Origin: Alphaproteobacteria bacterium
Lineage (GTDB): Bacteria > Pseudomonadota > Alphaproteobacteria > Rhodobacterales > Rhodobacteraceae
Direction: 5' to 3'
Assembly (NCBI GenBank): GCA_030431485.1
Contig: JAUIIR010000010.1
Coordinates: 331 to 64,330 of the forward strand
DNA length: 64,000 nucleotides
The translations under genes and the position numbers were made by a program. The notes below the pieces were generated by a model. That model did not search any database. It was not told the origin of the DNA and saw only the letters and a program-made list of their open reading frames with translations. Shown in pieces: positions 1 to 9,639 of this stretch (the stretch's first letter is position 1; every line of letters begins with the position of its first letter).

Positions 1-53
1 TCAGGATATTGACAGCTCTTGCCAGTCTGTTGACCCGTGCTGCCAAAGACTGG

Positions 54-1079
54 CTAATTCAAAATAGATTTCCGATAGTTTGCCGGCGTCTGGTTTGTCC
101 AACGCTTGAACGCACGGTTGAACGCGCTTTGTTCTGAAAACCCCGTCAGAAACGCGATCTCTGAAAAGGGGCAGCTTTCGTCGCGAAGCATGCCAAGCGC
201 AATCTCACGTCGTGTCTCTTCGGCCAGCGTCTGGAAACTCACACCGTGGTCGGCCAAGCGTCTGTGAAATGACCGAACACTTAGCCCAAGTTTGCGGGCG
301 ACATCGGCCATCTTTGGTAAGCCCTCGCTTAGGGTGCGCGCAATCTCGTCTTTTGTGGACCGCACCAGTGACGGCTCGGATTTGAAGTTCTCAAGTTCGG
401 CCTCAAGGTGCGTGGTCAGGAATTCCGAAAGCGCTTGATCGCCCAACTTGTTCTCTGTGGCCAGTGTGGCTTCCGAGAATAAAATCCCGTCTGCCTCGGC
501 GCCGAACTCTACGCGACAGCCGAAAAACGCATCAAAAAGTTGCCCGTCACGCGGCGGCCCGTGGCGGAAGGTCACCAGATCAGGTGTGATCCTGTCGGCG
601 GCCACCTGATCCACAACGCAGAACAAGGCTGACAAACCGGCTTCGGGTGAAAAGACCAGCCCTGGGCCTGATCCTCTCAGCACGTCCTGGCGCAAGAATT
701 TCGATTGTCCCTGCAGCTCAAGATGATAGCGGACACTGTCGGAAATCAGCGTTTGATATCGCGCCACTCGTTGAAGCACGCCATCTACGTTGGGCGCGGC
801 TTTGCAGGCCAGCGCGAGCGTTCCCATCTTGTCGATATCAATCGCCTTGGCATATCGAAGTGACACTGCTGCACGATCCGGCACCGTATCCGCCACGAGG
901 GCAAGTATCTCGTAATGTGACTCTGATGAAATCCGGCCGTTCTCAACCTGGAACTTTTGAAGCGTCTTGTCACCGCTCAGAAGGGTTCCGTCCGGCGTCA
1001 GGGTGAAGCCGGCTGCGTCTGCAAAATACTGTCCGATAATAATTGAAACAGAAGGCATGGGTTTGTCTGAATGGGGCAA
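54..1079 (-). CDS. AraC-family transcriptional regulator
   Basis: 341-aa ORF with a C-terminal AraC-type HTH (SEIAFLTGFSEQSAFNRAFKRWTNQTPANYRK). The codon at 1079 is TTG. The first ATG is at 1058 (MPSVSIIIGQ) and is the likelier start. Confidence 0.85.
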   Translation of the reverse strand: MPHSDKPMPSVSIIIGQYFADAAGFTLTPDGTLLSGDKTLQKFQVENGRISSESHYEILALVADTVPDRAAVSLRYAKAIDIDKMGTLALACKAAPNVDGVLQRVARYQTLISDSVRYHLELQGQSKFLRQDVLRGSGPGLVFSPEAGLSALFCVVDQVAADRITPDLVTFRHGPPRDGQLFDAFFGCRVEFGAEADGILFSEATLATENKLGDQALSEFLTTHLEAELENFKSEPSLVRSTKDEIARTLSEGLPKMADVARKLGLSVRSFHRRLADHGVSFQTLAEETRREIALGMLRDESCPFSEIAFLTGFSEQSAFNRAFKRWTNQTPANYRKSILN

Positions 1080-1378
1080 AAGCTGTATTGACCTGCAACT
1101 TTACAGATCAATGCTTTGCAATCCACTGTTTTGGACTTCAGCGGCTGACAAACAATGATTGCAACGCTCTTGAGTTGACATTGGAGGCGTTTGTGAGCGA
1201 AAACTATACGTCCTAACAGTCATCGGTTTATATTGAGGACAAGGTGTTTGTTGGCACTGCGGCCTTTGAGCTCAAACGCACATTTCCGACGGCTGGTCGG
1301 ACGAAGGTACCAGCGCCTTTGCTCTCATGATAAGAGTGTGGCAAGTGCCCGGGGCATAACGCTCTGCAGAGCAGTGGT

Positions 1379-2416
1379 GTGAAAGTTCCAACAATGGCGA
1401 CACGCGGTTCTCTCGACTCTGACACCGCATTCATTCCTGAAGGCGCGTTCACCTATCTCGTGGCCGACCCGAAACCGACCAAGTGGTTTGGGTTCCTTTT
1501 GCTGCCCGAATTCACGCTGCTTGCGTTTAGTTCGGCTGTTGATCCGCTGCGTATCGCCAACCAGTTGGCGCAGAAGCCGCTGTACGGATGGAAGGTGTTT
1601 TCGGAAGACGGATCAAAAGTTGCGTCGTCGTCCGGCTTGTCCGTAGACGTCAATGGCGCGTTTGAAGCCGCGCAAATTGACCTGCCGGTTTTTGTGTGCT
1701 CGGGGAACCATTGGAACAAGGCTGCAAGCGAGAGGACACTCGCGCAGTTGCGTCGCCGGGATCGCTTCGGAGCGGTGCATGGCGGCATTTGCACGGGCGC
1801 TGCCACCCTGGCGCGCGCAGGCCTTCTGAACGGCAAGCGTTTTACACTTCATTGGGAAAATCAGCCGAGCTTTTCTGAACTCTACCCGGACCTTGATCTT
1901 ACTCCGAACCGGTATGAGATAGACGGATCGTTGCGCACAAGCGGCGGCGGTTCGGCGGCCACCGAATTGATGCTGATCGAAATTTCAAAGGATTATGGGT
2001 CAGAATTTGCAGCCATCGTCGCGGATATGTGTCTGAACAATCCCGATCTATCGGGGCGGCAGTCTCAGCGGTCGTCAATCGCAACAGCCGTGGCAACGCG
2101 CAACCCAAGATTGGTTGATGTGGTGCAGGACATGTATCAGAACATCGAAGACCCGCTGACGCTGGCTGAGCTTGCTTCGAACGCGGGCGTGTCCCGGCGA
2201 CAGATGGAGAGGTTGTTTCAGAAACATCTTGGCGCCAGTCCGGCTGCAATCTACCGCAACATCCGGTTGGAGCGTGCGCGCTCCTTGCTGGTTGAGACGG
2301 ACAGAAGTGTCATGGAAATCGCAACGGCAACAGGTTTCAATTCCGTCAGCCTCTTCGCCCGGCACTTCAAGGAGAAATACGGCGCAACACCCTATGGCAC
2401 GCGAAAGCAAACTTGA
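1379..2416 (+). CDS. GlxA-type AraC-family regulator (DJ-1/PfpI-like N-domain plus AraC HTH)
   Basis: N-terminus FLLLPEFTLLAFSSAVDPLRIANQ is typical of GlxA-like amidotransferase-fold sensor domains. The C-terminus carries an AraC HTH (MEIATATGFNSVSLFARHFKEKYGATP). The start may be the ATG at 1394 (MATRG). Divergent from the AraC gene at 54..1079. Confidence 0.85.
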   Translation: MKVPTMATRGSLDSDTAFIPEGAFTYLVADPKPTKWFGFLLLPEFTLLAFSSAVDPLRIANQLAQKPLYGWKVFSEDGSKVASSSGLSVDVNGAFEAAQIDLPVFVCSGNHWNKAASERTLAQLRRRDRFGAVHGGICTGAATLARAGLLNGKRFTLHWENQPSFSELYPDLDLTPNRYEIDGSLRTSGGGSAATELMLIEISKDYGSEFAAIVADMCLNNPDLSGRQSQRSSIATAVATRNPRLVDVVQDMYQNIEDPLTLAELASNAGVSRRQMERLFQKHLGASPAAIYRNIRLERARSLLVETDRSVMEIATATGFNSVSLFARHFKEKYGATPYGTRKQT

Positions 2417-2534
2417 TGCGTCTCGTGAGCTTTGTGAACATGAACTGCATAGAGTGGAGCCACGCTTTCGCGCACAGGTTCCAAATGGAAATGTTTGCAA
2501 ACACGTCTTCCAAGCCCACTCGTGTTCAAGCGTG

Positions 2535-3221
2535 TTATACGCCGATATAGGTTTCGGATATGTCGGGCGTGATGTCCTTGAACGCACCCGACCAAACCGT
2601 TTCACCGCGAGCAAGTATGACGGCTCGGTCGGACACTTGCGCCAACTCGCGCACCGATTTGTCGATCAGGAGGATCGCCGTCCCGGTCTCTTGCTTGAGA
2701 CGAGCAATGGCCGTCCAGATTTCCTGCCGGATGATCGGCGCAAGGCCTTCGGTCGCTTCGTCGAGGATAAGCAGCCGCGGGTTCGTCATCAGCGCGCGGC
2801 CGATGGCAAGCATCTGCTGCTCGCCGCCCGATAGTGACGCGGCCTGCTGGTGGCTTCTTTCACCCAGACGCGGAAACAGGTCCGCGATGCTCTTGAGCGT
2901 CCACTCACCCGGTTGCGCAGCCGCAATCAGGTTTTCCTCAACTGTCAGATCGCGGAAACAACGGCGGCCTTCGGGCGCAAGACCAATCCCCAGACGGGCA
3001 ACCTTGTGGCTTGGCAGTCCGTGCAGGGAGTGTCCGGCAAAGCTTAGTCTGCCTTCTGACGCGATCATCCGGCAGATCGCCTTGACGGTCGTCGTCTTGC
3101 CCATGCCGTTGCGCCCCATGAGCGCCACAACCTCGCCCTCGGCCACGTCCATTGACACACCGAACAGCACTTGGGCCACACCGTATCGGGCGGTGAGCTT
3201 ATCGACGGACAGCAACGTCAC
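2535..3221 (-). CDS. LivF-like ABC transporter ATP-binding protein (HAAT family)
   Basis: Walker A GRNGMGKTT, signature LSGGEQQML, Walker B LLILDEA. GTG start overlaps the stop of the upstream ATPase gene (GTGA). Confidence 0.9.
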   Translation of the reverse strand: MTLLSVDKLTARYGVAQVLFGVSMDVAEGEVVALMGRNGMGKTTTVKAICRMIASEGRLSFAGHSLHGLPSHKVARLGIGLAPEGRRCFRDLTVEENLIAAAQPGEWTLKSIADLFPRLGERSHQQAASLSGGEQQMLAIGRALMTNPRLLILDEATEGLAPIIRQEIWTAIARLKQETGTAILLIDKSVRELAQVSDRAVILARGETVWSGAFKDITPDISETYIGV

Positions 3222-3967
3222 GCCTCTTCCCCCAGATAAGCCTCGCGTACGGCGCGGCTTTGGCGGATCTCGTCGACCGTGCCCGTGGCGATCACCTTAC
3301 CGTAGACCAGGACGCTGATCCGATCGGCAAGTGCAAAGACCGCGTCCATGTCGTGCTCGACCAGCAGGATTGGGGCTTCCGCCCGAAGCTGATCAAGGAA
3401 CCCGGTCAGCAGCTTTGACCCTTCGGCTCCAAGTCCAGCCATTGGTTCGTCCATCACGAAGGCCCTGGGTGACAGCGTCAGCGCAACTGCGACTTCAAGC
3501 TGACGCCGCTGGCCGTGTGACAGCTCGGCACAGCGGGTGTGCCTGTGTTCGATCAACCCGACACGCTCCAGCGCCGCTTCGGCCTTGGCGGTCAGAGATG
3601 TGTCCGAGAGCGCCCGCGACCAGAACCGCCACGGATTACCCGATGCGCCCAACGCGCCCAGCACGACATTTTCCAGAACGCTGTCTTCCATTGCCAGCGC
3701 CGAGATCTGGAAAGTCCGCCCCAACCCGGCGCGTGCGCGCGCCTGCGTGCTGTCCTGCGTCACGTCGCGCCCCAAAAGGTGCACCGAGCCTGAATCGGGC
3801 TTGAGCCCCCCGCAGATCTGCGCGATCAGCGTCGACTTGCCCGCGCCGTTCGGGCCGATGATTGCGTGGATTTCGCCCGGATGCAGGTCGATGGAGACGT
3901 TGTCGGTTGCGGTCAATGCACCGAAACTTTTTCGCAGTGCCCGTGTTTCAAGAAGCGCTTCAGACAT
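3218..3967 (-). CDS. LivG-like ABC transporter ATP-binding protein
   Basis: Walker A GPNGAGKST, signature LSHGQRRQLE, Walker B FVMDEP. Its start overlaps the stop of the upstream permease gene. Confidence 0.9.
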   Translation of the reverse strand: MSEALLETRALRKSFGALTATDNVSIDLHPGEIHAIIGPNGAGKSTLIAQICGGLKPDSGSVHLLGRDVTQDSTQARARAGLGRTFQISALAMEDSVLENVVLGALGASGNPWRFWSRALSDTSLTAKAEAALERVGLIEHRHTRCAELSHGQRRQLEVAVALTLSPRAFVMDEPMAGLGAEGSKLLTGFLDQLRAEAPILLVEHDMDAVFALADRISVLVYGKVIATGTVDEIRQSRAVREAYLGEEA

Positions 3968-4943
3968 ACGCGCCCTCCTTGCCGGTCAGCAGCCCTATTA
4001 TCCCACCGCGCGCAAACAGCACGATCGCCAGCAGGATCAGCCCCAGATAGACGTGCCAGAATTCGGTCACTGCGCCCAGCCAATGCTCCAGCGCAACAAA
4101 GAGGCAGGCTCCGATCACGGGGCCATAAAGCCGCCCAACGCCGCCAATGATGATCAGCACGATCAATTCGCCCGAAAGCTGCCAACTGAACATGGTCGGC
4201 GACACGAACCGGTTAAGATCGGCAAAGAGCGCCCCCGCCAAACCCGTGATTGCGCCCGAGATCACAAACGCCACCAGCTTGAGCCGTGTTGGGTTGAGGC
4301 CCACGGTCTCGACCCGCGTCGGCACCTGCCTTGCTGCGTTCAGCGCCAATCCGAAAGGCGCGCTCTGAAGGCGTGCGTTGAGGAAGAGCACAATGCCGAG
4401 CAGGGCAAAGCACAGACCGAAGAACTGGATCGGAACCAGCGTGTTCAGGCCCGGAAAGCCGTTGCGCACATAGATCGACAGCCCATCTTCGCCGCCATAG
4501 GTGCCCCAGGAAATGGCGAAGTAGTAGAACATCTGCCCGAAGGCGAGGGTGATCATGATGAAATAAACCCCCGAGGTGCGCAGGCTCAGCAACCCGATGA
4601 TCCAGGCGGCAAGGGCGGATACGACAACTGCTACCAGCCATATGATTGGCATGGACTTGGTGCCCGAAAGGCTCATTCCGAACAGGTCAAGCGAAGTATA
4701 GGTTTGGGCGTGATAGGCGAGGATACCCATTGCATAGCCGCCCAAGCCAAAGAATACCGCATGCCCAAGGCTGACCAACCCGCCGATGCCCAGCGCGATG
4801 TTGAGGCCCACGGCGGCAATCGCAAGGATCACCGCTCGGGTGACAAGGGTGATCGTGAAAGGTTCGTCCGCGACCACCGCCCAAAGCGGAAAAGCCAGCA
4901 GCCCCGCAAACACGATCCAGTTGACCAGACGTTCGGGGATCAT
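3960..4943 (-). CDS. LivM-like branched-chain/hydrophobic amino-acid ABC permease
   Basis: 327-aa polytopic membrane protein with a LivM-like pattern (LSLGHAVFFGLGGY). ATGA overlap with the upstream permease. Confidence 0.85.
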   Translation of the reverse strand: MIPERLVNWIVFAGLLAFPLWAVVADEPFTITLVTRAVILAIAAVGLNIALGIGGLVSLGHAVFFGLGGYAMGILAYHAQTYTSLDLFGMSLSGTKSMPIIWLVAVVVSALAAWIIGLLSLRTSGVYFIMITLAFGQMFYYFAISWGTYGGEDGLSIYVRNGFPGLNTLVPIQFFGLCFALLGIVLFLNARLQSAPFGLALNAARQVPTRVETVGLNPTRLKLVAFVISGAITGLAGALFADLNRFVSPTMFSWQLSGELIVLIIIGGVGRLYGPVIGACLFVALEHWLGAVTEFWHVYLGLILLAIVLFARGGIIGLLTGKEGAYV

Positions 4944-5860
4944 GCGCGTGCTCCGAACAATCCGGTGGGGCGCCAGATCAGCACAAGGCTCATAAGGATG
5001 TAGATCGCCATCGAGGCCAGCGCCGAACCGGTCTGTGTGGCGGCTCCCGGCTCCATGAACAGTTTGAAAAACTGCGGCAAGAAGATCCCGCCCAGCGTGT
5101 CGGTCAGCCCCACCAGCAACGCGCCGATGAACGCTCCTTTGATCGACCCGATGCCGCCGATCACGATCACCACGAAGGCCAGGATCAGCACGGGTTCGCC
5201 CATGCCCACCTGAACCGATTGGATTGCACCCACGAGCGCGCCGGCCAGCCCCGCCAGTGCTGCGCCGATGGCAAAGACCAGCGTGTAGAGCAGCCGGATA
5301 TCGACACCCAGCGCTGCGATCATCTCGCGGTCATTTTCGCCTGCGCGGATCTGGATGCCGATGCGGGTGCGCTCGATCAGCACCCAAAGGCCGAGGCCAA
5401 CCAGAAGGCCCACAGCAATCAGCGTCAGACGGTAAAGCGGATACTGAATGCCGCCGGGCAGGGTGACGGGACCAGAGAGGTAATCCGGAATGTCGAGGAA
5501 AAGCGGGAAGGACCCAAAGAGCCACCGCGTACCTTCGGAAAAGATCAGGATCAGCGCGAAGGTCGCCAGCACCTGATCCAGATGTGCCTTGCCGTACAGC
5601 CTTCGGATCACCGTTATTTCGATCAGTGCCCCGGCGATGGCGGCCACAGCCAACGCGGCGGCCAGAGCCAACACAAACGAACCCGTTGCGCCCGCCACAG
5701 CGGCGGCGGCAAAGGCGCCGATCATGTAAAGCGACCCGTGTGCGAGGTTGATCAAACCCATCACACCAAAAATGAGCGTCAGCCCGGCCGCCATCAGAAA
5801 CAGCATGACGCCGAATTGCAGCCCGTTGAGGACCTGCTCGATGATTAGAAGTGTCGACAT
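4940..5860 (-). CDS. LivH-like ABC permease
   Basis: Polytopic membrane protein (NGLQFGVMLFLMAAGLTLIFGVMGLINLAHG is the typical LivH N-terminus). I trimmed the start to the ATG at 5860 (MSTLLIIEQ). The track ORF extends to 5893. Confidence 0.85.
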   Translation of the reverse strand: MSTLLIIEQVLNGLQFGVMLFLMAAGLTLIFGVMGLINLAHGSLYMIGAFAAAAVAGATGSFVLALAAALAVAAIAGALIEITVIRRLYGKAHLDQVLATFALILIFSEGTRWLFGSFPLFLDIPDYLSGPVTLPGGIQYPLYRLTLIAVGLLVGLGLWVLIERTRIGIQIRAGENDREMIAALGVDIRLLYTLVFAIGAALAGLAGALVGAIQSVQVGMGEPVLILAFVVIVIGGIGSIKGAFIGALLVGLTDTLGGIFLPQFFKLFMEPGAATQTGSALASMAIYILMSLVLIWRPTGLFGARA

Positions 5861-5914
5861 GACTGCCCGAAACCCGATGTGCCGGGGCAGCACCCCGGCA
5901 CGCCGCGTGATGTT

Positions 5915-7045
5915 TTACATCTTGCAGTCGGCAGCGTAGGCATCCGCGTGGTTTTCCAGCGCAGTACCGATGATCTTATTGGTAAAGATATCGCCTTCCT
6001 TGATGACTTCACGCGCGTAGATCGTCTGGATCGGATGATGGTTCGGACCGAACTTGAACGCACCCCGGGTGCTGTCGAAATCAGCCGCCCGCAGCGCCTC
6101 GCGGAAAGCATCCGCGTCCGAGACTTCGGCTGTCTCAAGCGCTGACAGGATCAGGTTTGCTGTGTCAAAGCCTTGGCTCGCATAAAGAGACGGCAGACGA
6201 CCGAACTCCGCCTGAAAGCTTTCGACAAAGGCCGCGTTGGTTGGATTGTCGATGTCCTTGTTCCACTGGCTGGTGTTCACCACGCCCAGGGCTGCATCAC
6301 CGACGGCTTGCAGGATGCCCTGATCAAAGCTGAAGGCCGGGCCAACGACAGGCAGATCGACGCCGCTGTCGGCGTATTGCTTGAGGAACGAAATACCCAT
6401 CCCGCCAGGCAGAAAGAAGAATACGCTGTCAGCGCCTGATGCACGGATCTGGGCGATCTCGGCGGCATAATCAGTCTGACCTAACTGGGTATAGACCTCA
6501 CCCGCAAGCTCGCCTTCAAAGGTGCGCTTGTAGCCGGTGAGGGCGTCCTGACCCGCCGGGTAGTTAGGGGCGAGGATGAAGCTGTTGGAATAGCCTGCAG
6601 AGGTCGCGTAAGCGCCCGCGGCTTCGTGCAGATTGTCGTTCTGCCACGCGACGTTAAAGTAGTTCTGATGGCAGCCCTGACCGGCTAGCGCGGAGGGGCC
6701 GGCGTTCGGCGACAGATAGAACTTGCCCTGTGCTGTGACGCTCGGGATCACCGCCATCGCGAGGTTCGACCAGATGATCCCGGTCAGGATATCAACGCGC
6801 TCGGACTGGACCATCTTGTCCGCCAGTTGCACAGCGATATCAGGCTTGCGCTGGTCGTCTTCGATCACGACCTCAATGTCGTCGCGGCCCGATTGTGCAA
6901 GTGCCAGCATGAATCCGTCCCGCACGTCAATGCCAAGGCCCGCACCACCGCCGGACAATGTGGTGATCATCCCGATCTTGGTTTCTGCAAAGGCGGATGT
7001 CGCGCCAATCGCCAAGGCCGCAGTGGCCATCAATAGCTTTTTCAT
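5915..7045 (-). CDS. Periplasmic substrate-binding protein, Leu/Ile/Val-binding (LivK-like, Peripla_BP_6) family
   Basis: The internal ATG at 7045 gives MKKLLMATAALAIGATSAFA-ETKIG, a Sec signal peptide. The mature part resembles LivK/LivJ-type binding proteins. The track ORF (to 7234) is a 5' over-extension. Confidence 0.85.
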   Translation of the reverse strand: MKKLLMATAALAIGATSAFAETKIGMITTLSGGGAGLGIDVRDGFMLALAQSGRDDIEVVIEDDQRKPDIAVQLADKMVQSERVDILTGIIWSNLAMAVIPSVTAQGKFYLSPNAGPSALAGQGCHQNYFNVAWQNDNLHEAAGAYATSAGYSNSFILAPNYPAGQDALTGYKRTFEGELAGEVYTQLGQTDYAAEIAQIRASGADSVFFFLPGGMGISFLKQYADSGVDLPVVGPAFSFDQGILQAVGDAALGVVNTSQWNKDIDNPTNAAFVESFQAEFGRLPSLYASQGFDTANLILSALETAEVSDADAFREALRAADFDSTRGAFKFGPNHHPIQTIYAREVIKEGDIFTNKIIGTALENHADAYAADCKM

Positions 7046-7249
7046 CTGGTTCTCCCCGTTGTTGTCGTCCGGTTTGATCGGCGCGTTTTTGTGACCTGAT
7101 GGGTGGTTCGCGTCTGACCCAGGACGTTTTATCCCTGAATGTGTTGAACAAAGCGGGCCGAAAAACAAGACAGCAGCGCGAATAACTTCTGTCGCGCTAG
7201 CGATCAAAGCAGGGGTGTTGCCAAATTTTACCATATGGTAAAATCCGCT

Positions 7250-8680
7250 TCAGGCGCGCTGAATGCGAAGCTTTGCTTGCAGTCCGGTTGCCGAATTTTC
7301 GAAGGACAACGCGCCATTGTGCAGCGCGGCGATGGTCGCAACGATGGAGAGGCCAAGCCCGTGCCCTTGAACAAAGGCGGTGTTGTCGCCCCTCTCGAAT
7401 GGGCCGATCAGGGCTTCGACATCCTTGGCCAAAGTGTCTGACCCTTCGTCCTCGACTACGATGGTGGCGGTGCGCGCATCGGCTTCGATGACCACGCTTG
7501 CACTTCGCCCATACTTCAATGCGTTGTCGATCAGGTTGGTGATGGCTCGTTTCAGGGCCACCGGACGGCCGCTGATGATCACCTGTCGCCCGGTGGTGAC
7601 CACGCTTTGCCCCTGCCGCGACATGAAGAGCGACCGCCCTCCCTGAACCACCACGTCGCGCGGCGGCACGAGTGTGACGGGTTCGCCGACGTCTTGATAG
7701 TCCGCGACGATGGCCTCAACGAGAGAGTCGAGCGATAGCTTGCGCGGTGCCTCGGCGTTCATCTCGGCACGGGTGTATGTCAGGGCGCTCTCGATGATCC
7801 CGGTCATCGAGTCGATGTCGGACTCCAGCTTTCGGCGCAGCTCGTCGTCCTGGATCAGGGCGGTGCGCAAACGCAGGCGCGTGGCGGGCGTGCCTAGGTC
7901 ATGGCTGACGCTGGACAAAACCGCGGCCCGGTTGGCCAGCTGTTTGCGCTCGGTTTCTAGAAACGCGTTCAAAGCGTCCACGATGTCGCGTAATTCGCGA
8001 GGGCCGCGCGTTTCATAGCTGTCCGGTCCGCCAAATCGACGGTTTCGAAAGGCGTGTGCGAAGGCGTCAAAGGTCTGGGTGGTGTTTCCGATCAACGTGA
8101 AGAGCGCCGCAACCGCCACGAGGCCGACCAAAACCGCAAGCAGGCGAAGGTCGCGCGGGGCAGCGTCGCACCCCCAGATTGCGCTGCCATCTACCTGCTG
8201 CCAGGCCTCGTTGTCATAGCGTGCAATGAGGATCGGCGTGCTGCAATAGGTTGCAAAGAGTTTTGCGAGCGATGCCAATTGTGCCGAGGCCGATGGCACA
8301 ACATCGGCGGGAATATCTGCAACAGGGTATTGGAGAACGTCCGACACCGCAGCCAGCCGCAGTCCGCCTTCGTTGTTCTGCAATGACAGGACAGTCACGT
8401 AGGCCGGTTGCGGCATCCCCGAGATGCGTTCGAATTTACCGGCTTCTGCGAGCAGGGAGTCGGCAGAGGACAGCGCCGTGATATGCAAATCCGGATGGGT
8501 ATCCAGCCCTGTCCGCAAAGCTTCGTATGTCAGCAATCCAGCCGTCTGCGCGGCGGACAAGTGATTGGTCCAAGATTGCGAAGACCTCAGCCAAAGCGCG
8601 GTTGATAGAGATGCAGACAGCATGGCAAGAGCCACCCAGAACCAGGCCAAGCTGCGCAGCCGGAACACGCGGGACCTCAT
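7250..8680 (-). CDS. Two-component sensor histidine kinase
   Basis: Two TM segments (LAWFWVALAMLSASLSTALWL and LLAVLVGLVAVAALFTLIG), H-box LSSVSHDLGTPATRL and a C-terminal HATPase region (NLIDNALKY, DEGSD, GHGLGLSIV). Its start overlaps the stop of the response-regulator gene (TGATG). Confidence 0.9.
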   Translation of the reverse strand: MRSRVFRLRSLAWFWVALAMLSASLSTALWLRSSQSWTNHLSAAQTAGLLTYEALRTGLDTHPDLHITALSSADSLLAEAGKFERISGMPQPAYVTVLSLQNNEGGLRLAAVSDVLQYPVADIPADVVPSASAQLASLAKLFATYCSTPILIARYDNEAWQQVDGSAIWGCDAAPRDLRLLAVLVGLVAVAALFTLIGNTTQTFDAFAHAFRNRRFGGPDSYETRGPRELRDIVDALNAFLETERKQLANRAAVLSSVSHDLGTPATRLRLRTALIQDDELRRKLESDIDSMTGIIESALTYTRAEMNAEAPRKLSLDSLVEAIVADYQDVGEPVTLVPPRDVVVQGGRSLFMSRQGQSVVTTGRQVIISGRPVALKRAITNLIDNALKYGRSASVVIEADARTATIVVEDEGSDTLAKDVEALIGPFERGDNTAFVQGHGLGLSIVATIAALHNGALSFENSATGLQAKLRIQRA

Positions 8681-9414
8681 CAGTCGGACTCAGCGCTCAC
8701 ATCGACGGCAAAGACGTAACCGGTTCCACGTTCTGTACGTATCATGTCCGGTGCTTTGGGGTCTGCTTCAATCTTTGAACGCAGCCGACCAACCAGAACA
8801 TCAATCGCGCGGCCCGTCGCCTCGGGTTGGTCTTGGTCGCCGGTGACATCCAGTGCGGTTGCGATTTCCTGCCGTGTCAGCGGAATGTGCGGATTGGCAA
8901 GCAAAACTTTCAGCAGTGCTGTTTCGCGCCGGGACAGGGTCACCTGATACCCGTCTGGTGATCGCACTTCATCCTGCTTGCCATCATAGACCCAGCCGCC
9001 GAAGTGAAAGGTCTGAATGCGCCGCCGGTAGATCAGGGATGAGGATCGCCGCGCCCGGGACAGCACCGCGCGGACACGTGCAAGCAGCAACTCCGGATTG
9101 AATGGTTTGGCGATGTAATCGTCCGCGCCCGTCTCGTAGCCCTCCATCCGCTGGTGGTCGGCAGAAAGAGCCGAGACCATGATGATCGGCACGTCATGAT
9201 CGCGTCTCAGACCTTGGCAAATCTCCAGCCCACTTTCGTCGCCAAGCATCACATCCAACAAAATTAAGTCGATCCGGCCATCTTCCAGATGGCGATGCAC
9301 ATCGGCTTCGTTTGCAGCGGGTAGCGCAATGCATCCATGCTGGCGCAGATACTGACACATCATCTGGCGCATGTCCGGGTCGTCGTCGACGACAAGAAGT
9401 CGTGGAATCGCCAC
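8680..9414 (-). CDS. OmpR/PhoB-family response regulator
   Basis: Receiver domain (LLVVDDDPDM, LILLDVMLGDESG, MVSAL) plus a winged-helix output (LTRQEIATAL, IRTERGTGYVF). I prefer the GTG at 9414, which sits 9 nt after GGAGGA. The track start at 9459 is TTG with no SD. Confidence 0.85.
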   Translation of the reverse strand: MAIPRLLVVDDDPDMRQMMCQYLRQHGCIALPAANEADVHRHLEDGRIDLILLDVMLGDESGLEICQGLRRDHDVPIIMVSALSADHQRMEGYETGADDYIAKPFNPELLLARVRAVLSRARRSSSLIYRRRIQTFHFGGWVYDGKQDEVRSPDGYQVTLSRRETALLKVLLANPHIPLTRQEIATALDVTGDQDQPEATGRAIDVLVGRLRSKIEADPKAPDMIRTERGTGYVFAVDVSAESD

Positions 9415-9639
9415 CTGCCGCTGTCCTCCGTAAACGCTGCGGTTCTGCTGTGATCTCAACTCTTATGTAACAACAGGAAACGAAATCCCGTCCAGTGTAA
9501 CAGCGTGTAACGGGCGATGGAAAAATCTGCACTCCATTTCTGAAAAGCCGCCATGACGTGATTGCAATGCTGGGTGTGATTTCGCCAAAGATAGGTACCT
9601 GATGCCCGAACTGGCACAGATTTTGGGAGGACTATACAC

